Source: an uncultured Candidatus Rokubacteria bacterium
Lineage (GTDB): Bacteria; Methylomirabilota; Methylomirabilia; Rokubacteriales; DASRDR01
Assembly: GCA_963708025.1 (NCBI GenBank)
Contig: CAVPSB010000018.1
Location: forward strand, 544,001 to 608,000
Length of the DNA stretch: 64,000 nt
Reading direction: 5' to 3'
In this document: positions 61,240-64,000 of the stretch, piece by piece
Layout of the letters: every line of letters begins with the position of its first letter
How positions within the stretch are numbered: the first letter of the stretch is position 1
The notes under the pieces: model-generated
Databases searched by the model: none
Seen by the model: the letters and a program-made list of their open reading frames with translations, nothing else
What the model was told of the DNA's origin: nothing
Made by a program: the position numbers and the translations under genes

Positions 61240-61894
61240 ATGATGGCGTTGCGGTTGTCCATCCTCAGGGCACGCCCAGGACGGGAAGCGGCCGTGCTCG
61301 ATCGCCTGCGCCACGCGGTGTCACGCCCGGGACACGGCGAGGCGACGTCGCTCCTTCTCTGCGCGACGGACGATCCCGGAGAGTTCGTGTGGATGGGGGA
61401 CCTCGCAGCGGCGGCGCGGCTCGGCCCCGCATCGATCGACGTCATCGATGCAGTGGCGACCGATCTCCTTGGGCCGGTGTCGGTGTTCTCCCTGCGGTTC
61501 GTCGGTGGGTGGCACCGCTTTCCGGCGCCCCCCTACCAGATCTGGAACGTCGAGGTCTGGGCACCGGTCGACCTGCCTGGTCAACAGCGTGACCGAGCTG
61601 TTCGTGCCGGCGGGCGCCAGCCGAGCTGAGCCCGTGATCGGCCGCTCCGTGTTCCGCGCCATCGATGAGGCGACGCTCTTCATCGGATTCGTCGGCCTGA
61701 CATCGAACTGGCTTCGACAACACCCGATGCCTCGGCACGCCAGCGCACGCGGCGCCATCGCCGTTTGGCGACCGCTGTCCGTGATGTACCGGGCAGAGAC
61801 GCTCCGAGGCGGCGTGGAGAGGCGGCCCCTCGGTTCTCTCTGGTCTGGTGTCGTCCCAGCGCCGGTGGGTGCCGCCGTGGTCGTTTCGTCGTGA
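61240..61894 (+). CDS. Hypothetical protein, possibly tandem ABM-like domains, frameshift near 61575
   Basis: LRARPGREAAV...DDPGEFVW; a second frame has FRAIDEATLF. Confidence 0.45.
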
Positions 61895-61929
61895 CGGACC
61901 AGCCGTCGCCAGGTGCTCGATCACGCCAC

Positions 61930-62172
61930 ATGGGCGGCGAACGCAACGGGGTCAATGGTCACCACAGGGGGATAGGGGTGGACACACTCATTGTGGTCGT
62001 CACGTGTGAGCGCTGCGGGCAAAGCTGGCACCAACGGTCCGTCTCGCCCGAGCAGGTCCTGGAGTGCATTTTTTGCGGCTGTCGAGGACACCTCAGCCTC
62101 GGGCCCGCCCAGGCCGATCCGAACGGGACCCAGCATGCGGAAGGGTGGCTTCATGGTCCGCGCGCATCCTAG
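61930..62172 (+). CDS. Small zinc-ribbon protein
   Basis: CERC...CIFC. Confidence 0.55.
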   Translation: MGGERNGVNGHHRGIGVDTLIVVVTCERCGQSWHQRSVSPEQVLECIFCGCRGHLSLGPAQADPNGTQHAEGWLHGPRAS

Positions 62173-62192
62173 CGAATCACCCCGGAGGTCAT

Positions 62193-62672
62193 GTGGGATT
62201 CTTTTTCGGTGCTGACGCGGAGCGGGCCCTGGGCGAGGATCTGACCCCCACGGTCACGGCGGGCGAGTATCTCGAGGCGATGACCAACGTAATCCAGGAA
62301 CTGACCGAGGCCCCTCGAGGTCGACGTCACACGTGCCGCCTCGGATTTCGCGCCCTCGCGGCGGGCCTGGCCGGGCGGGCCACCCTCGTGTTCTCGGCTC
62401 ACGTGCGCCGGCACCCGAGCGACGAGCACGCCTACCGGCTGCTGGGCCTCGCGCATCTGACCTGGGGGAACGATCGGCTGGCAGTCAAGCATCTCGAGAT
62501 CGCGCTCGGTCTTCTGCGCCGGAGGGCCGTCCACGCCATGAGCCTGCGTGACAGGCTGCGTCTCCACTGCGAGGCGGCACTGCTGCGGCTCGTGCTCGTC
62601 TCGCTACACTCCCGGCTCGGCGAGGTCCAGGCCGCGCGCTGGCTCGTCCGCGAAGGAGAGGAGTTCCTGTGA
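62193..62672 (+). CDS. TPR-like helical hypothetical protein
   Basis: HPSDEHAYRLLGLAHLTWGNDRLAVKHLEIAL; supported by a decayed paralog at 43 kb. Confidence 0.65.
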   Translation: MGFFFGADAERALGEDLTPTVTAGEYLEAMTNVIQELTEAPRGRRHTCRLGFRALAAGLAGRATLVFSAHVRRHPSDEHAYRLLGLAHLTWGNDRLAVKHLEIALGLLRRRAVHAMSLRDRLRLHCEAALLRLVLVSLHSRLGEVQAARWLVREGEEFL

Positions 62673-62703
62673 ACCGTCACGCACGGAGAGGAGGGTCGCC
62701 GCC

Positions 62704-63360
62704 GTGGACCGAAGGAGACAGCTGATTTCCAGCGTTGCGCTGCTGGGGACGGCCCTCCTGCTTGCGGGGTGCCCCAAGACGCCGAGCCCGACGCCGGCTG
62801 GCAGTGCCGCCGTGGCCGGCTCGGCCCAGAGCGCAGGCGTGACCGCCATCGTGCCCAGCGGAGGCGCCCCGGCCGGGCCGCGGACTGCGACGGCGACGGC
62901 ACCGGGTGCGGTGACCGGCGGCGCCGGCGGCCCCGGAGCGCCCGGAGCCTCCGCATCCCAGGGAGGGCTCACCGCGGCGGGCACCTCGTTACCGGCTCTG
63001 CCCGCGCCCCGGGAGTACGTCGAGAACCCAGCTCTGTCCGCGATCCACTTCGACTTCGACCGGTACGACCTTCGTCCACAGGAGAAGGAGCGGCTGGCGA
63101 AGAACGCAGACTGGATCAAAGCGCACACCGGGGTGCTGCTCCTGATCGAATGGCACGCCGACGAGCGAGGCACGAACGAGTACAATCTCGCGCTCGGCGA
63201 ACGCCGGGCGAAGGCCGCCCGCGACTACCTCGCTAGTCTCGGAATCGACGGCAGCCGGGTCACCCTCATCAGCTACGGCGAGGAGCGGCCCCTGTGCACC
63301 GAGCGCGCCGAGAGCTGCTGGGCCAGGAACCGGCGCGCGTACTTCCTGGTGAAGCCGTAA
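62704..63360 (+). CDS. pal: Pal-like OmpA-family peptidoglycan-associated lipoprotein
   Basis: Lipobox LAGC, IHFDFD, HADERGTNEYNLALGERRA, SYGEERP, NRR. Confidence 0.88.
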   Translation: MDRRRQLISSVALLGTALLLAGCPKTPSPTPAGSAAVAGSAQSAGVTAIVPSGGAPAGPRTATATAPGAVTGGAGGPGAPGASASQGGLTAAGTSLPALPAPREYVENPALSAIHFDFDRYDLRPQEKERLAKNADWIKAHTGVLLLIEWHADERGTNEYNLALGERRAKAARDYLASLGIDGSRVTLISYGEERPLCTERAESCWARNRRAYFLVKP

Positions 63361-63495
63361 GCGTTGCCGTAAGCGTCGGATCCAATGGCAGAGGCGCGGA
63401 GGGGGTGCGGTGAATGCGAAGCCACCGACGCTGGGGCGGCCGCACATCAAGCTGACCTCAGCGGATCCGATGGCAGGACCAAGAGGCCAGACACC

Positions 63496-63936
63496 ATGGC
63501 GCCGCAATTCGGAGGAGGACATGCGCCGGGGACCCACGCCAGTCAGGCCGCGCTGGTTCTGGTTGTGGAAGATTACGAGGATACACGCGCGCTCCTTGCC
63601 TCGTTCTTGCGCGAAGCCGGGTTCCGAGTGCAGACCGCCAACGATGGCGTCGGCGACAGCCAAAAGGCCGTCGCCTTGAAGCCCGACCTCATCGCTATGG
63701 ACTTGGGGCTGCCCGCCCTCGACGGACTTGAGGCCAGCCGGCGCCTGAAGCGGGATGAACGGACGTACCGCATCCCGGTCTTGGCGATGACGGCCAACGG
63801 TGACGAGCGCCAGCCGGTGCGCGCCGCCGAGGCGGGATGTGACGGGTTCTTGGTGAAGGCCTGCCCTCCGGAAGACTTCATCAATGTGGTCCGGCGGCTG
63901 GTGAGCCGGCCGGCGGCGAGCCATGGCGGCAAATAA
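63496..63936 (+). CDS. Single-domain response regulator (start uncertain)
   Basis: VLVVED, PDLIAMDLGLPALDG, MTA, FLVK. Confidence 0.85.
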   Translation: MAPQFGGGHAPGTHASQAALVLVVEDYEDTRALLASFLREAGFRVQTANDGVGDSQKAVALKPDLIAMDLGLPALDGLEASRRLKRDERTYRIPVLAMTANGDERQPVRAAEAGCDGFLVKACPPEDFINVVRRLVSRPAASHGGK

Positions 63937-64000
63937 CGGCGGTGGAGACCTGAAGAGCAGAATTGCCGCCGCGTGGGCAAGCTGGGAGCTTGAGCGAACC

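Overview
GC-rich bacterial chromosome window spanning the replication origin. Gene order and style suggest Candidatus Rokubacteria/Methylomirabilota; this is inference, no search was run. Bases ~1.2-28.3 kb are core: FAH-family enzymes, ubiX, two DUF507-like genes, atpFHAGDC, mnmA, parAB with a parS site, rsmG, yidC-yidD-rnpA-rpmH, a bipartite oriC around dnaA, then dnaN-recF-gyrB-gyrA-serS. From 28.3 kb the window is accessory. It contains four half-tRNA scars (two 5' halves of tRNA-Ser(TGA), 3' halves of tRNA-Leu(CAG) and tRNA-Arg(TCT)) with paired 11-12 bp period arm-like repeats, and I found no intact tRNA. It also holds an integrase-less islet with two ATP-grasp paralogs around a TctCBA transporter, and a mosaic of gene fragments. 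The most coherent unannotated signal is a ~20 kb block with a sigma54 two-component system. The palindrome CYGCAR-N3-TTGCRG occurs five times, each upstream of a -24/-12 promoter at roughly helically phased distances. The downstream genes are L,D-transpeptidases, a Pal-like protein, a secreted protein and a Pro-rich peptide, and a diadenylate cyclase-YbbR fusion lies divergently next to them. Many single frameshifts sit in homopolymer or dinucleotide runs and may be sequencing errors. All family calls are from motif recognition by eye.
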